Assembly: GCA_018818885.1 (NCBI GenBank)
Contig: JAHIRB010000018.1
Location: 5,041 to 69,040, forward strand
DNA: 64,000 nucleotides
From: Patescibacteria group bacterium
GTDB lineage: Bacteria > Patescibacteriota > Patescibacteriia > Buchananbacterales > SURF-54
Direction of reading: 5' to 3'
A program made the translations under genes and the position numbers. This document shows positions 31,123 through 38,677 of the stretch, piece by piece. Below the pieces are notes generated by a model. The model saw nothing but the letters and a program-made list of their open reading frames with translations. It searched no databases and had not been told where the DNA came from. Within the stretch, counting starts at the first letter, position 1. The number at the start of each line of letters is the position of its first letter.

Positions 31123-31863
31123 ATGGAAGCAAAAAAAATAAAACAAATTATCAAAGATAAATATGGCAAAATTGCTAATTCGAATGCCGGTTGTGGCTGC
31201 CAATGCAGATGTAATGATAGCGAAGATATTTCGAAAGAGATTGGATATAGCCAAGAAGAAATTAACAATGTGCCAGAAGCAAACCTAGGCCTTGGTTGCG
31301 GTAATCCCATAGCACATAGTCGAATAAAAGAAGGTGATGTAGTGCTAGATTTGGGAAGTGGAGCAGGATTTGATTCTTTTTTGGCAGCAAAAAAAGTAGG
31401 TCCAGCCGGAAAAGTCATCGGAGTCGATATGACACAAGAAATGCTAAATAAAGCTAAAGCGAACGCCAAAAAGTATAATTATGATAACGTAGAGTTTAGG
31501 CTTGGTGATATCGAAGATCTGTCAGTTGAAGATAATATGATAGATGTTATCATTACTAACTGCGTAATTAATTTAGCACCAGACAAACTAAAAGTTTTCA
31601 AAGAAGCTTACAGAGTATTAAAAAAAGGTGGCAGAATGTATATTTCTGATATTGTGTTACTTAAGCAATTAACCCAAGAACAACGAGATAACGAAGAGCT
31701 GGTAACGGGTTGTATTGGGGGTGCAATGCTAAAAGATGAATATATAGAAACAATTAAAAAGTCAGGCTTTGAAGTCAACGTATTAAACGAAGATAAGGAT
31801 ATTAGCAAAAAACAATATCAAGGTTTACCGCTTGTGAGTTTATCCATAGAAGCAATCAAGTAA
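31123..31863 (+). CDS. arsM: arsenite methyltransferase-like SAM-dependent methyltransferase
   Basis: NLGLGCGNP, VLDLGSGAGFD, NCVINL, GCIGGA. Confidence 0.88.
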   Translation: MEAKKIKQIIKDKYGKIANSNAGCGCQCRCNDSEDISKEIGYSQEEINNVPEANLGLGCGNPIAHSRIKEGDVVLDLGSGAGFDSFLAAKKVGPAGKVIGVDMTQEMLNKAKANAKKYNYDNVEFRLGDIEDLSVEDNMIDVIITNCVINLAPDKLKVFKEAYRVLKKGGRMYISDIVLLKQLTQEQRDNEELVTGCIGGAMLKDEYIETIKKSGFEVNVLNEDKDISKKQYQGLPLVSLSIEAIK

Positions 31864-31984
31864 AGCAAGATAACAAAAAAACTTCTCAGTAAATGAGAGG
31901 TTTTTTGAATGCCCTTATTTTTGTAAAATCTACGGGAAGAAAGACTTTTTATTAGTATAGCAATTATTGAATATAATGAAAATT

Positions 31985-32752
31985 TTATTTATAAGGCTTT
32001 GATAATTTCCAAATCGAATCAAATTGTGTTTTCATCATTTCAGCCAGTTCAGCACTTTCTACTAGAAAACCAAAATTTTCTTTACTTGAAGAAATAAATC
32101 GTACACTATTACCATAAATTGCATAGCCGAGCGAGAAATCTACTTCGGCTGGAGCAATTTTTGCATCTCTTTTGGATTCGGTTCCTGTTTTAGAATAGGG
32201 ATATTTTTTTATTGAAGAAATTTCGTTTTGCGGCCAAATTACTTTTATATTAATGTTTCGTTTTACTCTTTCTTTATGAAAAGATGTTAAGAATTCACCT
32301 GAGAGTAGTTTATTTAATTTTATAACAGGCCAGTATGCATAGACAGTTATATCTCTAAACAATAACATATCTTTCATCATCTGCTGTAATTCTTTCTTCC
32401 CCTCATAAATTTGCATTCTTGGTTTAGAAGATGTTTTTTGAGATAAATATTCTGATTGTAATATGTCCAAAGCAATTTTGGCTTTTTTTAATTCTTTTTC
32501 TTTTTCTTCAATTAGTAAATGTAGTTTTTCTGGTGGACAAGCAGCAAACATCTTTACACCACCTTTTTGCGTTTCAAAAACTATACCAATTTCGATTAGC
32601 CTTTCTAACAAATCATAAACTGAAGTTCTGCTAATTTCAGATTGTTTAGCTAGTTGAGTAGCAGACATTTGCCCGCCGTAAAAAAGTTTTTGGTATAAAT
32701 CAAGTTCAATTTTTCTTAAGTTGAATATTGAGAGTAGAGTTGCTATTTTCAT
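31985..32752 (-). CDS. TrmB-family transcriptional regulator (second)
   Basis: ISRTSVYDLLERL HTH, PRMQIYEG linker. Confidence 0.88.
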   Translation of the reverse strand: MKIATLLSIFNLRKIELDLYQKLFYGGQMSATQLAKQSEISRTSVYDLLERLIEIGIVFETQKGGVKMFAACPPEKLHLLIEEKEKELKKAKIALDILQSEYLSQKTSSKPRMQIYEGKKELQQMMKDMLLFRDITVYAYWPVIKLNKLLSGEFLTSFHKERVKRNINIKVIWPQNEISSIKKYPYSKTGTESKRDAKIAPAEVDFSLGYAIYGNSVRFISSSKENFGFLVESAELAEMMKTQFDSIWKLSKPYK

Positions 32753-32763
32753 ATATTTTAATG

Positions 32764-32786
32764 ATGTCGTGGAATTGTCACGACAT
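32764..32786. promoter_or_regulatory. palindromic candidate operator
   Basis: ATGTCGTG-N7-CACGACAT just upstream of TrmB start. Confidence 0.5.
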
Positions 32787-32860
32787 AGTTTACAATATCA
32801 CAATTAAACATTAAAGTCAAGAGTTGAACGTTGACAATTGGTTGAGTGGTAAAGGGAGGT

Positions 32861-33130
32861 ATGTATATTATGTACAAAACAATAGGGGCTTCATTATTAG
32901 CATTTCAAATGGGTATGGTGTTTAATGTCGAACTGTTTCATAAAAAGACAGGAGTGTGGCTTGATAGTCTTGAACAAATCGATGAATACCGATCCGGACT
33001 GAAAGTTGAGGAAAGATGTTACTTCGACGTATTCGTAATCCAGAAGAGAGCTCAAATTGATGTGTTAGGACTTGAAGAAGACGAAGTGAAAAAAGTTTTT
33101 CAAGTCATAAAGGCTTGTTTTTCAAAATAA
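32861..33130 (+). CDS. orphan hypothetical protein
   Basis: GGGAGGT SD; start uncertain (32861 or 32870). Confidence 0.5.
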   Translation: MYIMYKTIGASLLAFQMGMVFNVELFHKKTGVWLDSLEQIDEYRSGLKVEERCYFDVFVIQKRAQIDVLGLEEDEVKKVFQVIKACFSK

Positions 33131-33181
33131 CTTCTCAAATAATTGTTTTAGGACGAAGTGAATGAAAATGGAGATGATAAA

Positions 33182-33610
33182 ATGCCAAAGAAGGAGTCAA
33201 AGTTTAAGGACTGGGGCGTACAACCACATCAGGGTATGAGACACAATTGGGACGTAACTAGTTGCCCACATTGTAATCATGATTTTAATCAATATAGGAT
33301 GTTGTATTGTAGATTCATAGTAGGATTCACTACGAAAGAAGAATATAGAAGGCCTACATACGATGGGACAAAAATTGTAGGATTTTATGCAGAGGGAGCT
33401 GTTATTTTAGAATGTCCAAAATGTTTTGAGCATTCATGGATTCACAGTTGTGGCACTACCAGGCAGTTATTTGATGCGACAGAAGATGACGATAATTTCC
33501 TTTTAGTCCCTGGAGCAAAGGAGGCTTTTTTGAGAAGTGTAAAGAAAAAGTCGAAAAAGAAACCGACCAAAAAAAAGCTAAAGAAAAAATTGGTTAAGAA
33601 GAAGAATTAA
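33182..33610 (+). CDS. zinc-ribbon protein with Lys-rich tail
   Basis: CPHC and CPKC pairs; GGAG SD before ATG 33182. Confidence 0.6.
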   Translation: MPKKESKFKDWGVQPHQGMRHNWDVTSCPHCNHDFNQYRMLYCRFIVGFTTKEEYRRPTYDGTKIVGFYAEGAVILECPKCFEHSWIHSCGTTRQLFDATEDDDNFLLVPGAKEAFLRSVKKKSKKKPTKKKLKKKLVKKKN

Positions 33611-33695
33611 ATCTATATACCGCCTGAAAAGTAATATCAGGCGGTTTTTTATATCCAAAAAACTGTCCAATTAGGACAGCTCTTTTTATCTAAGA

Positions 33696-34038
33696 TGCGC
33701 GCAGAGGGACCCCCTTCGATTTACTCAGGGTAAGCGAACCCCCGCCTGTCCTCCGAATCCACCTCCGGCGGAGTAGGAGGAACCGTTTGCTTAACCCCGT
33801 ACAATGCTCGCGTGAGCTCGCATATACGGGGCAAGGAGTCAACAATTTTTCATTTCTTTGCGCCCAGAGGGATTTGAACCCCCGACCATTTGCTTAAGAG
33901 GCAACTGCTCTACCAGCCTGAGCTATGGGCGCATAATTAATGTGATTAATAGTTATGTAGATATTTTGGGTTGAGTGTACAAATGATAAACGATGAAAAA
34001 TAAAATAATGCGGGTCTACCAGGCTGAGCTATGGGCGC
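33696..34038 (-). pseudogene. disrupted outer tRNA-Lys enclosing the intact tRNA-Lys
   Basis: 5' part 34038-34015 GCGCCCATAGCTCAGCCTGGTAGA; 3' fragments TTAAGCAAACGGT, CGGGGGTTCG, GTCCCTCTGCGCGCA split by three palindromic inserts. Confidence 0.8.
33859..33932 (-). tRNA. tRNA-Lys(CTT)
   Basis: GCGCCCA/TGGGCGC acceptor, TTGC-CTCTTAA-GCAA anticodon region, GGTTCAAATCC. Confidence 0.95.
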
Positions 34039-34064
34039 ATATTTAAGAGGACTATTATTATAAG

Positions 34065-34137
34065 CGCGCCCGGTAGGAGTCGAACCTACAACCCCTTGGT
34101 CCGAAGCCAAGTGCTCTATCCATTAAGCTACGGGCGC
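34065..34137 (-). tRNA. tRNA-Arg(TCG)
   Basis: GCGCCCG/CGGGCGC acceptor, CTTGG-CTTCGGA-CCAAG, GGTTCGACTCC. Confidence 0.95.
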
Positions 34138-34143
34138 ATAAAT

Positions 34144-34410
34144 TTATTTTTTTAATGAATTTTTTATTCTTACTTTTAAGAATTCTCTTTGTTGACCTTT
34201 ATTTTTTATCTCTAACTCACGTTTCCTAGCATCTGTTTTAGAAATATATGCTTCATAGTAAACAAGTGATAATGGCCTTCTGCTTTTAGTTGATTTCACT
34301 TTGCCAGTATTATGATCGACTACTCGTTTTTTAAGATCTCCACTTATACCATAATATAGTTCATTATCCAACTTACTTTTTAAGACATAGAAATAATATA
34401 TATTAAACAT
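34144..34410 (-). CDS. small GIY-YIG endonuclease (UPF0213/YhbQ-like)
   Basis: YFYVLKS..YYGIS.DLKKRV..HN.G..KSTK.RRP..LVYYE..A..RE..IK. Confidence 0.92.
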   Translation of the reverse strand: MFNIYYFYVLKSKLDNELYYGISGDLKKRVVDHNTGKVKSTKSRRPLSLVYYEAYISKTDARKRELEIKNKGQQREFLKVRIKNSLKK

Positions 34411-34418
34411 TTATTCAT

Positions 34419-34546
34419 TTGGTCCGCCCGCCTGCGGCGGGTCCGCCGTAGGCGGAAAGCCAAGCGCTCTATCCAGTTGTCCCGACGCAAGGTCGGGATC
34501 CCGACTTCAATATAAAAATATTATATCGTCGGGAAGCTACAGGTGC
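34419..34546 (-). pseudogene. disrupted 5' two-thirds of tRNA-Arg(TCG)
   Basis: GCACCTGTAGCT[insert]CAACTGGATAGAGCGCTTGGCTT[insert]CGGACCAA directly upstream of GIY-YIG ORF. Confidence 0.8.
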
Positions 34547-34636
34547 AAAAAAGTATTACGTAATATATCATATTATACAAAATAAATCAAGAAGACCCCA
34601 AAGGAAGGGGTTTTTTGGTATCAGATATGATTTTTT

Positions 34637-35671
34637 CTATTTTGTAGGAACAGAAAGATTAAATTCTAAAGTTTCTTTATCAATTAGATTTTCTTTTTGC
34701 AGTCTTGTTAAATCTTGATCCATGGTAAACATTCCTTCGTCTGCACTGGTCTGTACTACAGTTTTTATTTGAGCAATTTTGTTTTCTCTAATTAGATTAG
34801 AAATCGCAGGAGTATTAACTAAAATTTCTCTGGTGGCTATTCTTCCCCCGCCCTGCTTAGGGATAAGTCTTTGTGAAATAATTCCTTTTAGAGTCATAGA
34901 AAGCTGTAGCCTAATTTGTGCTTGTTGGTGCGAAGGAAATATATCAATAATACGATCAACAGTCTGAGCTGAGTTATGTGTATGTAATGTAGCAAACACT
35001 AGATGTCCTGTTTCAGCTAAAGTAATGGTAGTAGCAATGGTTTCTAAATCTCTCATTTCTCCAACCATAATGACATTTGGGTCTTGTCGCAACACATGTA
35101 TCAAAGCATTATTGAAATTGACCATATCTGTATGCAGTTGTCTTTGTTTGATAATACTTTTGTTTGATTTGAAGATAAATTCAATTGGGTCTTCTAGCGT
35201 TACAATATGTTCGGAACGTTCATTATTAATATGGTTAATTATTGAAGCTAAAGTAGTTGATTTACCGCAACCCGTAGGTCCAGTAACTAAAATTAATCCT
35301 TGATTCAAACTAATTAAATCAAAAACAATTTGCGGCATTTGCAATTCTTCCATTGTTGGAATTTTGGTGGGAATAATTCTTGCCACTAGTCCAATATTTC
35401 CTTTTTCTTGATGAACATTAACTCTAAAACGAGCAGTTTCTCCAATTTCATACGAAAGATCTAGTTCCTTTGTCTCGTCAAAAATTGTTTTTTGTCGTTC
35501 TGACATTAAGCCATAAATCATGCTTTCAGCCGTTTTGTCGTTTACTACTGGTTCATCAGTTTGTGGAGTTAGTTTACCGTCGATTCTAAAAACTGGTGAC
35601 ATTCCAACAATCAAATGAATATCAGAAGCGTTTTTTTCAGCTGCTTTTTTAAAAAGTGTATCAATAGACAT
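34637..35671 (-). CDS. pilT: type IV pilus retraction ATPase
   Basis: ASDIHL, GPTGCGKSTT, EDPIE, LRQDP, GEMRD, TLHT, AISNLIRE. Confidence 0.95.
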   Translation of the reverse strand: MSIDTLFKKAAEKNASDIHLIVGMSPVFRIDGKLTPQTDEPVVNDKTAESMIYGLMSERQKTIFDETKELDLSYEIGETARFRVNVHQEKGNIGLVARIIPTKIPTMEELQMPQIVFDLISLNQGLILVTGPTGCGKSTTLASIINHINNERSEHIVTLEDPIEFIFKSNKSIIKQRQLHTDMVNFNNALIHVLRQDPNVIMVGEMRDLETIATTITLAETGHLVFATLHTHNSAQTVDRIIDIFPSHQQAQIRLQLSMTLKGIISQRLIPKQGGGRIATREILVNTPAISNLIRENKIAQIKTVVQTSADEGMFTMDQDLTRLQKENLIDKETLEFNLSVPTK

Positions 35672-35752
35672 AGTTTTGTAGTTAATGAAGTTATAAAGTT
35701 AATGAAGTATTTTTTAAACTACATTAACTTCATCTCTCCATCACCCTATACT

Positions 35753-36445
35753 CTACTTCCAGCCTTTTTTCTTTAAAGCATTTGCTGCGGCATCAATTTG
35801 CCCCTCTTGCTTAGAAGATCCAATGCCAGTAGCAATTTTTTCTGCTTCTAGAAACACCGCCATTTTAAACTTTTTGTTATGGTCTGGACCTGTTTCTTCA
35901 ATCACTTTATAGTTTGGTGTAATGCCAACTTTCTCTTGGGCAATTTCTTGGAACTTACTTTTTGGATCAATATATAGTTGATTTTTTAAAATGTAATCAA
36001 GTTGGGAAATTAGATTCTTCTCTAGAAATTTTTTTGTTTTGATAAAACCCAGGTCTAAATACATAGCACCAATTAAAGCCTCAAAAGCATTAGCCAAAAT
36101 AAATTGGCGAGCTTTGGTATTTTTATCTTTAGATTCCCCCTTACTTAGTAGTATGTGGTCATCAAGTTCAAATTGTTTACCTAGCGTGGCAAGCATTTTA
36201 CTATTTACTAAGCTGGCGCGCCAATTGGTAAGCTCTCCTTCTGGATTTGGATAGTTTTGATATAAGTATTCAGTAACTGCCAACTCTAATGCAGCATCAC
36301 CTAAAAACTCTAGACGTTCATTGTGGTCTATACCAAAATTAGGATGTTCATTCAGATATGAACGATGAACCAATGCTTGTTGCAATATTTTTGAATCTTT
36401 AAATTTTACCCCGAGTTTTTTTTGAAGTTGAGTTAAATCTTTCAT
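35753..36445 (-). CDS. rnc: ribonuclease III
   Basis: HNERLEFLGDA signature, C-terminal dsRBD. Confidence 0.97.
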   Translation of the reverse strand: MKDLTQLQKKLGVKFKDSKILQQALVHRSYLNEHPNFGIDHNERLEFLGDAALELAVTEYLYQNYPNPEGELTNWRASLVNSKMLATLGKQFELDDHILLSKGESKDKNTKARQFILANAFEALIGAMYLDLGFIKTKKFLEKNLISQLDYILKNQLYIDPKSKFQEIAQEKVGITPNYKVIEETGPDHNKKFKMAVFLEAEKIATGIGSSKQEGQIDAAANALKKKGWK

Positions 36446-36525
36446 TATTATTAACTCCTTTGAAGTTATCAGTAGAGAAATACCCTACATCTTAAGAGTG
36501 TATCACTCTGCTGATAGCTAATTTA

Positions 36526-36990
36526 TTATTTAGCATCTTTTTTACTTTCTGGTTTATCTTTTGATTCTTCTTTTTCGTCTACCTTATCTTTATATATGCT
36601 TCCCAGCACCCCGTTTACAAATTTTCCAGAAGAATCTCCACCAAAAGCTTTGGCTAGTTCAATGGATTCGTTGATAGCAACTTTAGCTGGGATGTCTTGA
36701 TCATAAAGCATTTCGTAAATTCCCATCCTTAGTGCATTTCTATCAACTATCGTAATTTGTTCAATAGGCCATTCTGGGGCGTACTCAATAATATACTTAT
36801 CAATTTGATTTAAGTATTTTAGGAGGCCTACAATAAGCTCATCAATAAAACCCTTGTCGTCGAATTCTGGAGCAAATTCAGAAAGATTTCTTTTTACCAT
36901 AGAAGGCAATTGGCCTTCTGGTTTTTCGTTGAAGTCCCACTGGTAGAGTGATTGTAAAACTATGGTGCGTGCTAAGTGTCTATTAGACAT
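36526..36990 (-). CDS. nusB: transcription antitermination factor NusB
   Basis: [25 protein letters not shown]. Confidence 0.96.
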   Translation of the reverse strand: MSNRHLARTIVLQSLYQWDFNEKPEGQLPSMVKRNLSEFAPEFDDKGFIDELIVGLLKYLNQIDKYIIEYAPEWPIEQITIVDRNALRMGIYEMLYDQDIPAKVAINESIELAKAFGGDSSGKFVNGVLGSIYKDKVDEKEESKDKPESKKDAK

Positions 36991-37011
36991 AAAGGTACAA
37001 AAAAGATCAAG

Positions 37012-37227
37012 TTATTTTTTTTCTGATTTTTTAGATTTAGATTTCTTTTCATCCTTAAATTTAATAACATCCCGGCCATTGTATACTCCGCAATTAGGGC
37101 AGGCATGGTGTGGTCGGATTGGTTTATCACATTTAGGACATTTAACTAATTTAACTTTTTTTAGGGCAAGATGCGATCTTCGGCGTTTTCCCGCAGACGC
37201 TGGTCTTTTCTTGGCTGGTACAGACAT
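37012..37227 (-). CDS. rpmF: 50S ribosomal protein L32
   Basis: MSVP..RRRSH..CPKC..PHHACPNCGVY. Confidence 0.95.
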   Translation of the reverse strand: MSVPAKKRPASAGKRRRSHLALKKVKLVKCPKCDKPIRPHHACPNCGVYNGRDVIKFKDEKKSKSKKSEKK

Positions 37228-37349
37228 AGGTTAAAATTTCTAATTACTAATTAATAATTTCTAATAGGTAAAGTATAGGATATTTTTTTGAGTTTGACAA
37301 GTATGACATTTTTTAATAAGGTATTAGCACAAATGAAAGGGGGTCGCAC

Positions 37350-37568
37350 ATGCCTACATATATAGCATTTGAGATAATACAAGAAGGAGGTATGGCAGCA
37401 GAAATAATCGATAAAGCAGATAGTATAATGGAAGCGGTTCAAAGAACCAAAGTAGTTCGGCTTTATGCAGTCAAACTGTTGGGTGATTGTCCTGGACATG
37501 ATTTTATGCCAGCACAAAGTGATTGTGGAATCACAGAATTTTGTCAGATTTGCGCAGAGATCAGATAA
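37350..37568 (+). CDS. orphan CPxH...CxxC zinc-finger protein (one domain)
   Basis: GDCPGHDF...EFCQICAE; TTGACA-17-TAAGGT promoter at 37294-37322. Confidence 0.65.
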   Translation: MPTYIAFEIIQEGGMAAEIIDKADSIMEAVQRTKVVRLYAVKLLGDCPGHDFMPAQSDCGITEFCQICAEIR

Positions 37569-37584
37569 TTAGAACAGGGGGGTA

Positions 37585-37953
37585 TTGATGAATGGCAAAA
37601 ATCTTGAACTTCAAAACCAGAATGAGAACATAAAACATGCGGGTTGGTGGGGCATAGCCTCATGTCTTATTTTCTCAGCAGCATTGTTGTATTATATTTT
37701 TGCTCTTATATTTAATATACTCTCGGTTTTTGAAGCAAGAGAGGAAGGGCAATATTATACAGCTTATGCTATTTTGTTTGCCATCTTCTTTTTACTCGGT
37801 TGGGTAATCAGTATGATTGGCACAGTTGTTGGATTCTATGGATTGTGTCAGAGTCACAGGAAAAAAATGTTTGCCGTTATTAGTACAATTCTCAACTCGT
37901 TGATTTTTTGGGGAACTATCGTACTATTTTATTGGGCGTCGAAGTTCAACTAA
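37585..37953 (+). CDS. membrane protein (three TM)
   Basis: hydrophobic helices, GGGGG SD. Confidence 0.65.
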   Translation: MMNGKNLELQNQNENIKHAGWWGIASCLIFSAALLYYIFALIFNILSVFEAREEGQYYTAYAILFAIFFLLGWVISMIGTVVGFYGLCQSHRKKMFAVISTILNSLIFWGTIVLFYWASKFN

Positions 37954-37970
37954 ACAAGGAGGAGATTTAG

Positions 37971-38387
37971 ATGCCAGAATTTAGTGTTCATGTAGTGTTG
38001 AGCGCAAGTACATTTAAGAATGCATTAAAAATGGCCATTCGTGACGGTTGTCCTGGCGCTCCCGAAGTCGTGATAATTGGAGGATGCCCAGATCACAAAA
38101 TCGAACCTCCAGAACCATCTGCACCATATTCCTTAGAGTTGTCTTTTTGCCGGATATGCGGCGAAAGAAGCATGAGTGATAATCCAATGCACGTATATCA
38201 AGCAGAACGAGAAGACAACGTGCGTAGTATCGGCGCACACTCTTTCAGAGATGCTGTGGAAACAGCGAAAGTCGCATTGGGAGGATCTGTTGAGGTAAAA
38301 CTCGTAGGAAAATGCCCCAAGCATAAGTTCGTACACTTGGATGCTCCGATTAACGAGGTTTGCGAAATTTGCGGGCACATGCAGTAG
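37971..38387 (+). CDS. orphan protein with two tandem CPxH...CxxC domains
   Basis: GGCPDH...FCRICGE and GKCPKH...VCEICGH; AGGAGG SD. Confidence 0.7.
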   Translation: MPEFSVHVVLSASTFKNALKMAIRDGCPGAPEVVIIGGCPDHKIEPPEPSAPYSLELSFCRICGERSMSDNPMHVYQAEREDNVRSIGAHSFRDAVETAKVALGGSVEVKLVGKCPKHKFVHLDAPINEVCEICGHMQ

Positions 38388-38445
38388 GTCACAAGCGACC
38401 AACTAAAAACCCCAGGTCAATCAACGTTTTGGCCTGGGGTGTTGT

Positions 38446-38598
38446 TTTTGACCTCCCCCTGTCCTCCCCCTCGAAGAGGGGGAGGGACTCGTTTAAGTAT
38501 GTAATGTGTAAAAATAATGTCTGACTACTACAAACTTACAAACATCCTTAACCGAGTTCCCCCTCCTTTATAAGGAGGGGGACAGGGGGAGGTCAAAA
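38446..38598. repeat. REPIN-like inverted repeat element (CCTCCCCCT type)
   Basis: TTTTGACCTCCCCCTGTCC ... GGACAGGGGGAGGTCAAAA, each arm with an internal hairpin. Confidence 0.8.
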
Positions 38599-38677
38599 TA
38601 CAAAAAGCAAGGCTTCTAAGCCTCGGCTTTTGTATGTCATTAATAACAGTCTGAAGACTGTTATTCCGTTAATAATT

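Noticed and set aside
14593-31863. Arsenic-resistance operon (ArsB-like plus arsM)
   Set aside because: The genes are 15 kb apart with no arsR/arsC; transporter substrate is uncertain.
34144-34410. Group I intron with homing endonuclease in tRNA-Arg
   Set aside because: No room for, or sign of, P/Q/R/S core elements; the downstream sequence is a whole tRNA, not a 3' exon.
33696-34546. Prophage or integrase island at the tRNA cluster
   Set aside because: No integrase or phage genes, and fragment polarity does not match attL/attR.
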